NCBI GenBank assembly: GCA_024704765.1
Contig: JAKMXF010000029.1
Coordinates: 1-64,000, forward strand
DNA from: Oopsacas minuta
Taxonomy: Eukaryota > Animalia > Porifera
DNA length: 64,000 nt
Direction: 5' to 3'
The translations under genes and the position numbers were made by a program. Below are positions 1 through 10,319 of the stretch, in pieces (position 1 is the stretch's first letter; each line of letters begins with the position of its first letter). Below the pieces are notes generated by a model, which was not told the origin of the DNA, did not search any database, and saw only the letters and a program-made list of their open reading frames with translations.

Positions 1-718
1 CAATGAGAAGCAAGACATATTCATAGATTACCACCATTACAATACAAACATTACACATCAGTATTAGTTGTGGTTGTGGTGGTACTACAGCCATAATGAA
101 TAGGGCGATGAGACAGGAAAGTGAGATATATAACTCAAACTTTAAATTCAGTTGTGATTTGAAATAACTGTATTGATATACCATAAACTGTGTTAGAATA
201 CGAACAAATAATGCTATAGAGTAGACAGATATTGTGGTTACAGCATACACCATGCGAGAGGCTGTCGACGTTACCAATCCTTGTAAATTATTGTAAGTTT
301 GTATTTGATTGTCAATGAATGCTAGCTTTTCGCCAAAATAATATTTTTTCAACCAAGTAGTGTTATAAATTCCTGATATTGCATAAAGTACCTGGAAAAC
401 GATTGAAATTGTAAATCCAATCTCACTCAAACATATAGCTAAGAGGAAAATATGTTTTATTCTGTTTGTCCTAAAATTTTGCATCTCGTTGAGCTTCACA
501 TGTTCAGGTCGGCTGTTAACTAGTTTAGAATTCAATTTCTCTTTTCTGTCATCTTTCATCAATTTATGAATTAAATATATTGCCCATGAACTGGAGAATA
601 TCAAAATAAGTATAAAGTTTAGGAAGAATATTGGCGCAAAAATACTATTAATTTCGTTTATACGAGACAAAATTATGTAATTATAATGTTTTTGGGATGT
701 AGTGATGCTACTGTTCAT
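1..718 (-). CDS. Orphan 7-TM family member, subfamily A; 5' part only, runs off the window edge
   Basis: ATG at 718-716 with an open frame to position 1 (MNSSITTSQKHYNYIILSRINEINSIFAPIFFLNFILILIFSSSWAIYLIHKLMKDDRKEKLNSK...YEYVLLLI). Colinear with ORFs 21887-23068 and 35789-36976. Probably missing from the ORF track because its stop lies outside the window. Confidence 0.9.
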   Translation of the reverse strand, partial: MNSSITTSQKHYNYIILSRINEINSIFAPIFFLNFILILIFSSSWAIYLIHKLMKDDRKEKLNSKLVNSRPEHVKLNEMQNFRTNRIKHIFLLAICLSEIGFTISIVFQVLYAISGIYNTTWLKKYYFGEKLAFIDNQIQTYNNLQGLVTSTASRMVYAVTTISVYSIALFVRILTQFMVYQYSYFKSQLNLKFELYISLSCLIALFIMAVVPPQPQLILMCNVCIVMVVIYEYVLLLI

Positions 719-992
719 TTCTTGTGTATTATAGTTGATATCTTTTCTCATATATATACTATATTCTCCAACAGTCAGTCCCCTCTCTGATTACTCAATT
801 AGTAAATGCTCATTTCTATCAACTGATCATCCTATGCTAACTGCCTACTTAACTATCTGATATAATATCCAAACCATTTCTAACTATTTCCCTGGATATT
901 TATCTCAAAATCTCGGGATTTAATTTCCCTGGATTTCTAATGTTATCTATATTATTATATTATTAACGCAATCAATGTGATGTAAGTATATA

Positions 993-1378
993 TCTATATA
1001 TTCCTATGTTTATTTGTCCAGAATTGATTGAAGAAACTGGAAGATCCCCAGAGCAGATTTTTGGCATAGAGGGGAGGGGTACTTTGGGCATGGCTCGAAC
1101 AAATTCGAGTCTTGGACAAAAGTTCAAACCTATGACGAAATTATGACGTAATTGTCACCTTTTTGGAATTCCGAAATATCACATTAAGGGCCACTGCTCA
1201 GCCAATATACATGAAAGAAATTCTGACGTCATCATATTGAACACTTGAAGATTCATCTTGAAATTATTACGTCATCATTACTATATAAAATCAAGAAATT
1301 TTGTTTAATACTTAAGCTAATCGGAGGCGCTAAGCTCTCGAGCAGCGACCTAGTAAGCGAAGTGCGCAACAGCACAAG
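993..1378 (+). mobile_element. Short non-autonomous Helitron-like repeat (family A)
   Basis: Starts TCTATATATT..CCTATGTTTATTTGTCCAGAATTGATTGAAG and ends in a GC-rich GCGAAG-containing segment followed by CACAAG|T. The core recurs at about 13400-13620 (-), 15520-15790 (-), 21240-21540 (-), 27120-27350 (+) and 52975-53200 (-). The Helitron class is inferred from terminal structure only. Confidence 0.6.
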
Positions 1379-1495
1379 TATCAAATAATATGAATATTTC
1401 ACTATTATATCAAAACATTGCTATAAATAATCAATTATCGACTATTTCCCTTGATTAGTCATTATTACCTAGATACCATGTTAAATCCAGGTCTC

Positions 1496-2271
1496 CCGGT
1501 GTAACAGCCTAGATTAACCTCCCAACCCAGTTTAACCCCGGGTATAATCAGGGCTAGCCTAAATTAATCCCAGGTATAAACTGGGATAGCCCAGATTAAG
1601 CCCCTGGGTTAAGCTAGGCTAGCTCAGATTATACCCTCGCAAGGGGTTAATCTGGGCTAGGCTAGTTTATACCCAGGGGGTTAGTCTAGGATAGTGATTT
1701 TCAACGGGGTCCACTTGGCCCCCCTGGGGAGGATTATGTTTTAGGAATATCCACCAGACTCTTGGGTCACTGACCACTCAAAATCGATTCACCTAGTCAA
1801 ATAATTTCGACTTAACCTGGTTCAGTACTTGGACAAATATTTATATTATCTAACTAAATATTATTGATCAAACACATCCAAACAAAGAAGTATTCTGAAT
1901 AATAATACTTGTTCGGTAACATTATTCACTGTTCAGTTTGTTAATATCAAATATCATATTTTATACATTATTTGTTATATATTTTGGATGTTATACGTAG
2001 TTCTATTCAAAAAGCCAAAACTAAAATTTTCAATTGTTTGTTTGGTAGACTAACTGAAAATTAATCATTACTATTACAAAAATTAAGGTATAATGATGAT
2101 TCAAAGATAGGGAGCCAGAGGCTATGGAAGAACCTGGGGGTCGCTAAGGGAGGAATGCAATGTCGGACGTTGAGAAACACTAATCTAGGCTCAGAAGGTA
2201 TAAAGTAGCCTAGGCTAGTTTATACCTTGGGGTATATTCTGGCGGGGGGTTAATTTGAGCTGCTACATCGG
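1496..2271. mobile_element. MITE-like element with imperfect TIRs and internal CTAGGCTAG/CTGGGCTAG subrepeats
   Basis: Left CCGGTGTAACAGCCTAGATTAACCTCCC versus reverse complement of right CCGATGTAGCAGCTCAAATTAACCCCCC. A related end lies at about 11410-11580. No clear TSD. Confidence 0.5.
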
Positions 2272-5200
2272 CGTAGCAGGCCTGATAAATTTGTTCAAGC
2301 GGTTGATTGGTGATAATATTAATACAATCAGTAGAAGAACTATAAATTCAATATTCAGATGCTAAAGTTCTGATTTATTATAGAATTAACATCTGCGAAA
2401 AGTCTTCCATAAATTAATCCATATACTCATAATCGTCCTCAATACAGTATCTGGTCATTAACAGAGTTTTCTGTGTTTCTCTTATTATATTTTCTAACAC
2501 AACAGTAACAAGTATATAGTAAAGTTGACCTATTAGCAAACTGTTTGCACTTTTGAGTCCATGAAAATGTTACTACAGTAGATAATGGATATAGTGATAA
2601 TGTCGAAGGTACATAATTTACGGCCAAATCATCACTATATCAAATAAAATTGGCCAGGACAAGTACCTAGAGCGATTATAATATCGCTATTTGATATATT
2701 CATCATATACTGAAATTGGGGAAGACTACTGAACAATTCTGTTCCGTTAATGTTCCTAAAATCGAGGGATTGTTTATGTCAGAAATATGAATATGCGAGT
2801 AATAACAGTTGAAGAGGGTCCACTAGTGCAGTGTTGCTAGATGGACGCTAGTTTATTATGCAAATTTAACTAAAAGGTTATACTAGAAGTATGCCCAAAA
2901 ATGGTGCAGACACCAGACAGGTTAGGAAGTGAGTAGCTCCTGCCTCTGGGTTGTGAACTTTGATTCTACCCAATAACAATGATTAGCCATTTGAACGAAT
3001 ATATTGTTGTTATCTGTTCAAATTGCAAATTGCAAAATGGCTCGCTTCTCTCGCATCTTGCCCTCAATTGCAAGTTATCTGACCCAAATATCTGGTATAT
3101 AGCTCAGGAGCGGTTTTTAATAAAGAGGAGGATCAGATTTCCCCAAACTCCCATCCAGAATAACCCCTTGCCTCAGCCCTCAGGCCTGCCTCCCTATTTA
3201 CCTCCCAGGTGAAGAGTCCTGGTGACGTCCCTATGTGTAAACCTTAAAAGAAATATTAGACCGTGGGGGGTAACCCCGTAAAACCGTGTTTAATGATCAT
3301 TTGGTCGATTTGTGCATAACTAGTCTCAGCTCGCCTAGCTGCGTCAAACGAGGGGTAACTTGATGAGGTTAGGATAAATTCTAGAATGGAATTGTCATGT
3401 TGCCATATTACTGACCAGAGTTGGGGGCCGATTACTTGAATTAGGCTCCAGTCTATATGTTCTCATAAGGCCATGAAAATGAATTACTTGGTTCTCTTCT
3501 TTTCATTGGAAACTGGCACCGCGTCTGGTATTTTTTACAATTTTTATAGGCCAGTTAATACGTAAAATATTTTGACACTTCGATTATCTCTCCACTGCAT
3601 ATTACTTTACATGGCCTAAGTTATAAGCATATGAAAGCCGTGCCAGTATCCCATTATGCCATTAACTTGTTCGTGTTGTCTATAAAGTTATTTTAGTAGG
3701 TAGCTCTATTTCTGAATAAATCTAGGAAGAAATCTTCTGAACAATTTTTTCTTGACAGACCCCGATTTTCAGCCTTACTGACTCTTTATCTTTCTATATT
3801 TTCTGAAAGAAGATAAGAAATTTTGGGCCTAGATAGTATTAGCAGGTATCTCTAGCGTAGATATTCCCTACTGGTGTAGTAGCGGTCAATCTTAGGGCTT
3901 GTATTATGGAGCGCCCCATATCCCGGACTTTTCCTTCATATTTTCATGCCCTTAGAGATTTAGCGTTTAGGCCTATGCCCTACTCACCACCCTTAGTTAC
4001 GATCCAGCTCAAACCGTGGAGTTGCTGGGATGCCGAGTGTACCTGATCTCAAAATAGTTACAATGATGTTGTATACTTTTCCAGAGAGATTACAAGTAGG
4101 ATAGTTTAATGATTCCAAATTATTACATTTAGGGTTAAATCCATACTCTAAATCCCTTTTAAGCTAAGAAGGTCAATAGATGAAACAAAGCAGGTTGTTA
4201 CGTAATCATGGTATCATAAGCATTACATCGCTTGATACTAAACTAATATGCTAGCATCCATGTGTCAGTTAGCATCGTATGATTAGTTAATTAAATATAG
4301 ATGCAATCGGGGGTGTTTTGGGAGGAAGGGGTCGGAACGCCGTTCCACTTTAAATTCCAGGGGGAACGAGGGGGAACGCGAAGGCACTTCTTCATGAAAA
4401 TATTTGGATTAATTAACTATATTTTTCAGTTTTGAAATTAGATTTCAAAATTATAGTCAACATAGTATAATCCAACGTTTACATAAGGAGATGCTTATGT
4501 TCTTTCTTCGATTTTCACCTAAAAAGTACTAAATAAGGTAGCATCAACGTTTTTCTTAAATTATCCACATTTAGTGTAAAATCTTCTATGTTAATGTAGA
4601 CAAGTCCGGAATACTAGAACATAAAAGGGAGTTATTAAATCGACTACTCGCATGCGAGAATGAGTTCATTCGCTGGTGATAATGCTTAGATATGTATGCG
4701 AGGAATAAAATTCATCTGTGAATTTGATACCTGAAATCTGATACACACATATACAACAATGAACGTTTGTTCATTAACTAATTCGAGCAAAACGTTTCTC
4801 CAACTGACATTATCGATAAGAAATACACCACCAACAACCACGGAGTGCTCAAGAAGTCCGAACATTAGTCTCGGCCAAGACCGTTACTAATTCGAGGCAA
4901 TTTCTTCTAAACTATCGTAATCGTAAATATAAAAGTACTTAGCAACAGTGAACGCCATTTCATGAACTAATTCGATAAAATCGTTCACCCAATGCGACTA
5001 TTGTGTCGAAAATACACCGGCTTCACATTCTTGTATGCAAATAGTAATCAAGTTTCTCCTATGTAAATTCTTTGTTGTTTTTATGAATATATAGTATACA
5101 AATTGTTGAAATATGAATTTATTAATTAAATTTTGCAAATTACTTTGCTAAATTCGAGGCACGAAGTGCCGAGTCTCATGCGAACACAAATTGATCAACT

Positions 5201-5807
5201 GCTAGTTAGGGATAATCGAGTATATATATTTCAAATTTAATATTTTAAAATCTATATCTACATGATTTAGTATATGATTAATCATATTTTAACAACTTAT
5301 TACACATATCCAAATTGATGCTAGAAATTTCTTTTCAAAAAGTTAGACATGGGGTAATTGCAGGATTATTATTCGAAATCTTAACCATAAAATTTGAGGA
5401 TAAAACATGAAATATATGAAGTAGGGGACTGATAATATTGATACCATGATAGCTAACACAACTTGGTATTGTATTTAATATGAATTATTTCTTTGATCCA
5501 GGCCCCAAATCAATCAGGGGCTGGAGTTTTGAGGTATCTATACGGCGAGTCAGGGCCACTCAGGGGGCTATGTCCTCTCTGCTCTGAAAAGAACACAAAG
5601 AACTAACCTTGAGTGTACTACAAGTTTGTTTGCTGAATATCTTTCCTCTTTCGAAAGGTGTGGAAAATTTTGTACCTTTCCTTTCATAACTTTTTGCTAG
5701 AGGCACTATTATATAACACCTTGGTCATAGCCAGTTTTGGCAGTAGAAGTGACACGGAGAAAAAAATATAAAATATGCAACAATTTCAATACTGGCCCAC
5801 TACAGCA

Positions 5808-5951
5808 CTAGGGCGTAACTAGCATTGAGGCAGAGGAGGCAGTTGCCTGCTCGCTTTTCGGGCGTTCCCTCATCTCTCTATTGTAATCGCCATTATTTAG
5901 GCAAATATCCATCCTTGCCTCCTCGCTCTGGGATATCTAGTTACGCCCCAG
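5808..5951. mobile_element. MITE
   Basis: TIRs CTAGGGCGTAACTAG and CTAGTTACGCCCCAG. TSD not evident. Confidence 0.6.
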
Positions 5952-6134
5952 CGGCCTGGTAACAAAAGTACCCAATCACATATCTATCGCACATATTGTA
6001 ACTGCATAACAGTATAAAGATAAAGTCGTAGATTCGATAATTGTAAAAAAATATAGTCATTAACATGACAATCCTCTAAAACTCTAAGCTCACTTATGGT
6101 AATCATGACAAAAATACATTTGTGATATAAATAT

Positions 6135-6974
6135 TCAAGATGTTTTAGCCAAACAATTCCCTGTTAGTTTTGTTTGTATAGGTGCTGGGATACATGTTAT
6201 TGTACTGTTCCAACTGGTACTTCTACAAACAAGACTTCCACTTCTCATTTGAGTTAAGCAGATTATACAAAATATATGGTTACAAAAATCGCATTTTATC
6301 TCATTACACCCGGATTCATGCTCAAGTAAGGAACAACAGTTAGGACAAGCCCTTACTTGAGGAAACCTCACGATATTACCATCTCTGTCTTTGAACTCCT
6401 TCATTGGGGAAGATTTTAGTTGTTTGATCTTCTCTTTACTACAAAACTCGTTACCACAGTTTACTAGGCCATTCCACTCTCCAAGACAATACCAGCAGAA
6501 GCGAAATGGTTTTATCGATGTTTTTGTGCAAACAATACAAGTAACTTGAGGATCATCAGGTTTTATACGTTGAGTGTAACTTTGGCATCTGGGACACTGT
6601 TGTATATCCTGACTTAGACAAGCGTTGACTGAGAGTGCAGTTGTTAGAAATTGCTTTTCTTGCTCATCAGGTAGTCCAAGTATTAATATATCATCAACAT
6701 CGAGTAGAGTTGTGCAGGAAGCACAGCTAATTTTGTGTTTTAGATTGTTTATTTGTTGCCAAGCATGATCAAGTATATCATCTGGACAGATGTAATGTCC
6801 GCATTTCAACCTCAGCCCCCCTTCATCTGAACAGATACAGCACTCTCCATTAGGATGAGGAAATGTTACCGTCCTAGTCTCATCTCTGAGCCCAATGAAG
6901 AAATCACAGCCAACTCTAACATTACACAATGGAACATTCAGAACCTCTAAGGCGCACCTTGTTGCTCCTGACAT
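6135..6974 (-). CDS. RBR (RING1-IBR-RING2) E3 ubiquitin ligase, copy 1; possibly the last exon of a Ubl-RBR gene
   Basis: RING1 CCIC..CGHYICPDD..CASC, IBR CPRC..CIVC..FCWYC..CGNEFC, RING2 CPNC..HESGCNEIKCDFCNHIFCIIC with the catalytic Cys in GCN. AG acceptors lie immediately 5' of the ATG. Confidence 0.92.
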   Translation of the reverse strand: MSGATRCALEVLNVPLCNVRVGCDFFIGLRDETRTVTFPHPNGECCICSDEGGLRLKCGHYICPDDILDHAWQQINNLKHKISCASCTTLLDVDDILILGLPDEQEKQFLTTALSVNACLSQDIQQCPRCQSYTQRIKPDDPQVTCIVCTKTSIKPFRFCWYCLGEWNGLVNCGNEFCSKEKIKQLKSSPMKEFKDRDGNIVRFPQVRACPNCCSLLEHESGCNEIKCDFCNHIFCIICLTQMRSGSLVCRSTSWNSTITCIPAPIQTKLTGNCLAKTS

Positions 6975-7420
6975 GCTAACTTTTAAATATCAAACAATCA
7001 TTATAATTCAATACACCGTGTTTCCCTGAAATAAGCGTCGGGTGTTCTCTTTCAAGAAATACATAAGCGCTGAGGCGCTTATTCAGGAAATACAGAGCAT
7101 ACAGTAAACTTACCTTACTGATGTCATATGTCATAGAAGGTATCATTATAGCAAGGGTCTAATGTTGAAAGCCATATAGGCTGAATCTGTGAGGGAGGGA
7201 GGGGTACAGCCGCAAGAAATACTTTGGGAAACTTGGTCTCGAGAAGCTAATTGCTTCATGCAAATTGGTCACGGGACCAATTATGTAGCAGGAGTACAAT
7301 GGAATGCTTTAGAGTAGTGTGTGAAAATAATATTTTCAATTATTTGAAGAATGGTGGGGATATATGTCTATATTATGTAAACAATAGTATATCACTACCA
7401 TATACTAATTGATAACGTCA

Positions 7421-7612
7421 TCACATACCTCCTGGTAGTCGTATTACCAGCATTATTGTACTATTATTAGTAATCCCATAATCTTGTGCATTCATCACAA
7501 ATCCATTTCTCATTTCTTCAAGCTGTTTACCAGCATACAACAAACGTTGGTGTTCTACTTTAATTCCACACTTAGCAGAAATGTCACTCTTTAGTTTTCC
7601 AATAGTGTAAAC
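7421..7612 (-). CDS. Ubiquitin-like domain exon (Ubl-1) ending in RLPGG-M-stop; N-terminal exon unresolved
   Basis: After acceptor tattttag (phase 0): VYTIGKLKSDISAKCGIKVEHQRLLYAGKQLEEMRNGFVMNAQDYGITNNSTIMLVIRLPGGM*. Aligns to ubiquitin ...[37 protein letters not shown]. 192 nt. Not in the ORF track. Confidence 0.9.
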   Translation of the reverse strand, partial: VYTIGKLKSDISAKCGIKVEHQRLLYAGKQLEEMRNGFVMNAQDYGITNNSTIMLVIRLPGGM

Positions 7613-9129
7613 CTAAAATAGCAAACGCTACATTCATGACAGTATCAGCTCATCCATTATTTTAGACATTAAACAAAAACAAGAATTCGTCTTATGCATG
7701 GATTCATACCAATAAATTCATTGGTCGCACAATTATCTTTGTTTTTCAGAGCGACACTAACATACTTGCCGACTTGAGTGAAGAACAAAAGAGGGACATT
7801 ACGGGATGTTGCATTTTTACAATAGACGGACTACAAAAAAATCGGGATAATTGTGGTTTTTGGCAAGTTTCAACTGGACATTAGCCTCTAAACATGTGGG
7901 AAAAGGCGGGAAAGTCGGCAAGTATGCCATAAAATTATTGTGAAAAAAAACAGAGGACAAAAATAGAGTATTGAAATTGGGTAGGTAATTGGATAAGTTA
8001 TTCTAACTGGTCATATGAGATTGTTAGATTAGTTAGGTTTCTAGTTTCTTACCTTCAATTCTCCCTTTTCGATGTTAATGGTATACACCTTTGTGCTCAG
8101 TCCCAAGATAAATATTGTGTCCATCTCCATCTTTAACTTTATTCAATATTTTAGGTAAATACTCTTGAAAAATCTAAGTAGTAAGTAGTACTCTTAAATC
8201 AGAAGATTAAATTAAGCCAAATGGAGCGTATAATAATTCTTTTTTTGCTCCTCATAAAGTGTGAGTGTTTGTTACGATATATTTCATTAATATTTGTCTG
8301 GTTTACTATTTTATCCGATCAAATGAAATAAATTTGTGTTGTTCAAATTCATAAATAGATGAGAGAGTTCGGAATACATATATATGTCCAAATATTACGA
8401 ATCAGAACTATGAATAAAGGTGTTAACTCCAAAGCTTCAAAGATATTTGCGGATTACATATTTTGTGGTTGACATGATTATCCTCTATATTATTAAACTC
8501 AATTTGTGTGCTTTGTCTTCTTATTATTATAATGATGGGGAAGATGATCTGCGTATAACATAGGGAATAACATACCCTTCTGTTTACGATATAGGAAGAG
8601 TATACAATTACATTGGGGTAATCGAGTATGCTGATTCCGATCTTCACACTTTCGAATTAATCATATGTAAATTTATTTGTTGTTTTTATGAATATTAAGT
8701 AAACAAATTGTTGAAATATTAATTTATTAACCAATTATTTAGTAAATCATCTACTTTGAAGGGGTACTCTGGGCTCGTCAAATTATTGGGGGGCGAAATG
8801 AGACTCTCGCCCTCCTTAGAAAGTATTGGAGAGGCGACCGCCCCCCTTGTCCCTCACTAGCAGTTGAAACCAAAACTCTAGCATCAATTTGAAAAATGCG
8901 AAAAGGTGTGAAATCTTGTAGCTAGAGATTTGAAAATGTTAAATTTGAAATATACATACTCGATTAGCCCTTACTAGCAGTTGAAACGAATCACTAGTAT
9001 TATTTTAGAAATAAGGTGTGAACTCTACGCACCCAATTACTCCTGACAACATGTTGAAACCTCCTAATCTCTATCTTGCTTCTGAATTTACATAGAAAGG
9101 TGTGAAAATATGATTAATCCCAAAAAAGG

Positions 9130-9296
9130 TGTGAAATATTCGCTTTAGAAATTCATACCAGAGGTGCAAATCTTCGACCCAAGATTATTTATTTGTGTAC
9201 CAATTTTCATGTTAATTGGACCACTAAATTTCCTGGAAGGACGGACGTCGCATATCGTCCAATGCCATTAGGGCATCTCCCTATAGGAGCTAAAAT
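9130..9296 (+). mobile_element. Non-autonomous Helentron-like repeat end (family C)
   Basis: The terminal motif GCCATTAGGGCATCTCCCTATAGGAGCT preceded by GGAC-type short repeats recurs at about 12560-12830 (-) and 56520-56795 (+). Class assignment is an inference. Confidence 0.45.
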
Positions 9297-9584
9297 TAAG
9301 GCGCGTAAAACCCTGGAACATTTATACGACTTATCACGATTGACAATTGCGTGGCTCAATACCAGAGGAGTAGACAAGGTGGCACAAATGCGCCACCTAT
9401 TTGTTACATTCCTCCTATTTCGCTGCACTTCTACCAAACATGCGCCAGTAATCTGCCAAAGCTGTCTACTCCACTGCTCTATACTATTATTATTATATTA
9501 AATCCCTAGCAAATTGACAAAACATTTTGATAATAAAAATTGATCAAACAAGATTAATCATTAAATTATAAGATGTGATACCAT

Positions 9585-10319
9585 CTATATGTAAAAGTCT
9601 GATTTTATACAACATAGACAAAAACATAGGCGAAATTTATTAGGATTACGTTTGGATTGATAGGGGATATCCACAATTGAATTGCCCTTCTGATAGTCAT
9701 CAGTAAAAGTTTGAACAGGCGGATCAGTATTCCACTTTTCATGTTCACTGTTGAGCTCGTGTTGTGACTGAATTTTCTCATTAGGATCAGACGGATATTT
9801 ATCAGGTTCTGAGCCACAGAAATTGGGGAACAGTCTACAAAAGTCAATATTCTTCAGGTTGAATTTATTACTGTCTAGAGCTAGCTGTTTCCTTTCGCTT
9901 TCACTAGCATCAATACTACCAATAGTATCTGTACACTCATGCATAAACTCATAAACTCCACGTAGAACTGCTGTCACTGAGTAAGCAGGTTTCCATTCTT
10001 CAGGATGAAAGTCACTCAGACTGAAACAGATTCTCTTATTCACTTTGAATCTTCCGTTAGGAGTCAGAAATAATATTTTAGGAGGGGCAAAAGGGAAGTT
10101 GGGAGGGAATACAAGCTTCCCATGATATACACCGTCCTCGTAGGGACTCTCCTTCTTACCCTGAATGGTAAAATGCCAATCTAGAATATCATCTTCATTC
10201 GGTGCTACTTGAATACCAGGAATTGGATCTGACAGAATCAGTTTTATATCTCGATTCAGTCGCTTTGTTGCTCGAGACAGGTGGTATTGTAATCTACACT
10301 CATCATCTGTCATGTACAC
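9585..10319 (-). CDS. Ubiquitin-conjugating enzyme E2, UBE2J/Ubc6 family, intronless
   Basis: ATKRL..D; ILDWHFTIQGKKESPYEDGVYHGKLVFPPNFPFAPPKILFLTPNGRF; active-site region RICFSLSDFHPEEWKPAYSV, typical of UBE2J1/J2/Ubc6 (PNGRF in place of HPN). Confidence 0.92.
   Translation of the reverse strand: MYMTDDECRLQYHLSRATKRLNRDIKLILSDPIPGIQVAPNEDDILDWHFTIQGKKESPYEDGVYHGKLVFPPNFPFAPPKILFLTPNGRFKVNKRICFSLSDFHPEEWKPAYSVTAVLRGVYEFMHECTDTIGSIDASESERKQLALDSNKFNLKNIDFCRLFPNFCGSEPDKYPSDPNEKIQSQHELNSEHEKWNTDPPVQTFTDDYQKGNSIVDIPYQSKRNPNKFRLCFCLCCIKSDFYI

Noticed and set aside
2300-4200. Possible decayed retroelement or coding relic (higher GC, ORFs 2439-2627 and 2979-3212)
   Set aside because: I found no convincing reverse transcriptase, endonuclease or other motif in any frame I examined.
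7114-7186. Extra coding exon between Ubl-1 and RBR copy 1
   Set aside because: It has good AG and GTAAGT sites but stops in all three frames. At most it is a UTR or poison exon.
9193-9501. ORFs 9193-9501 and 9207-9437, and similar short ORFs at 12424, 13049, 13606, 20020, 26839, 30770, 39671, 46874, 47586 and 56585
   Set aside because: They lie within dispersed repeats or MITEs and show no protein-like motifs.
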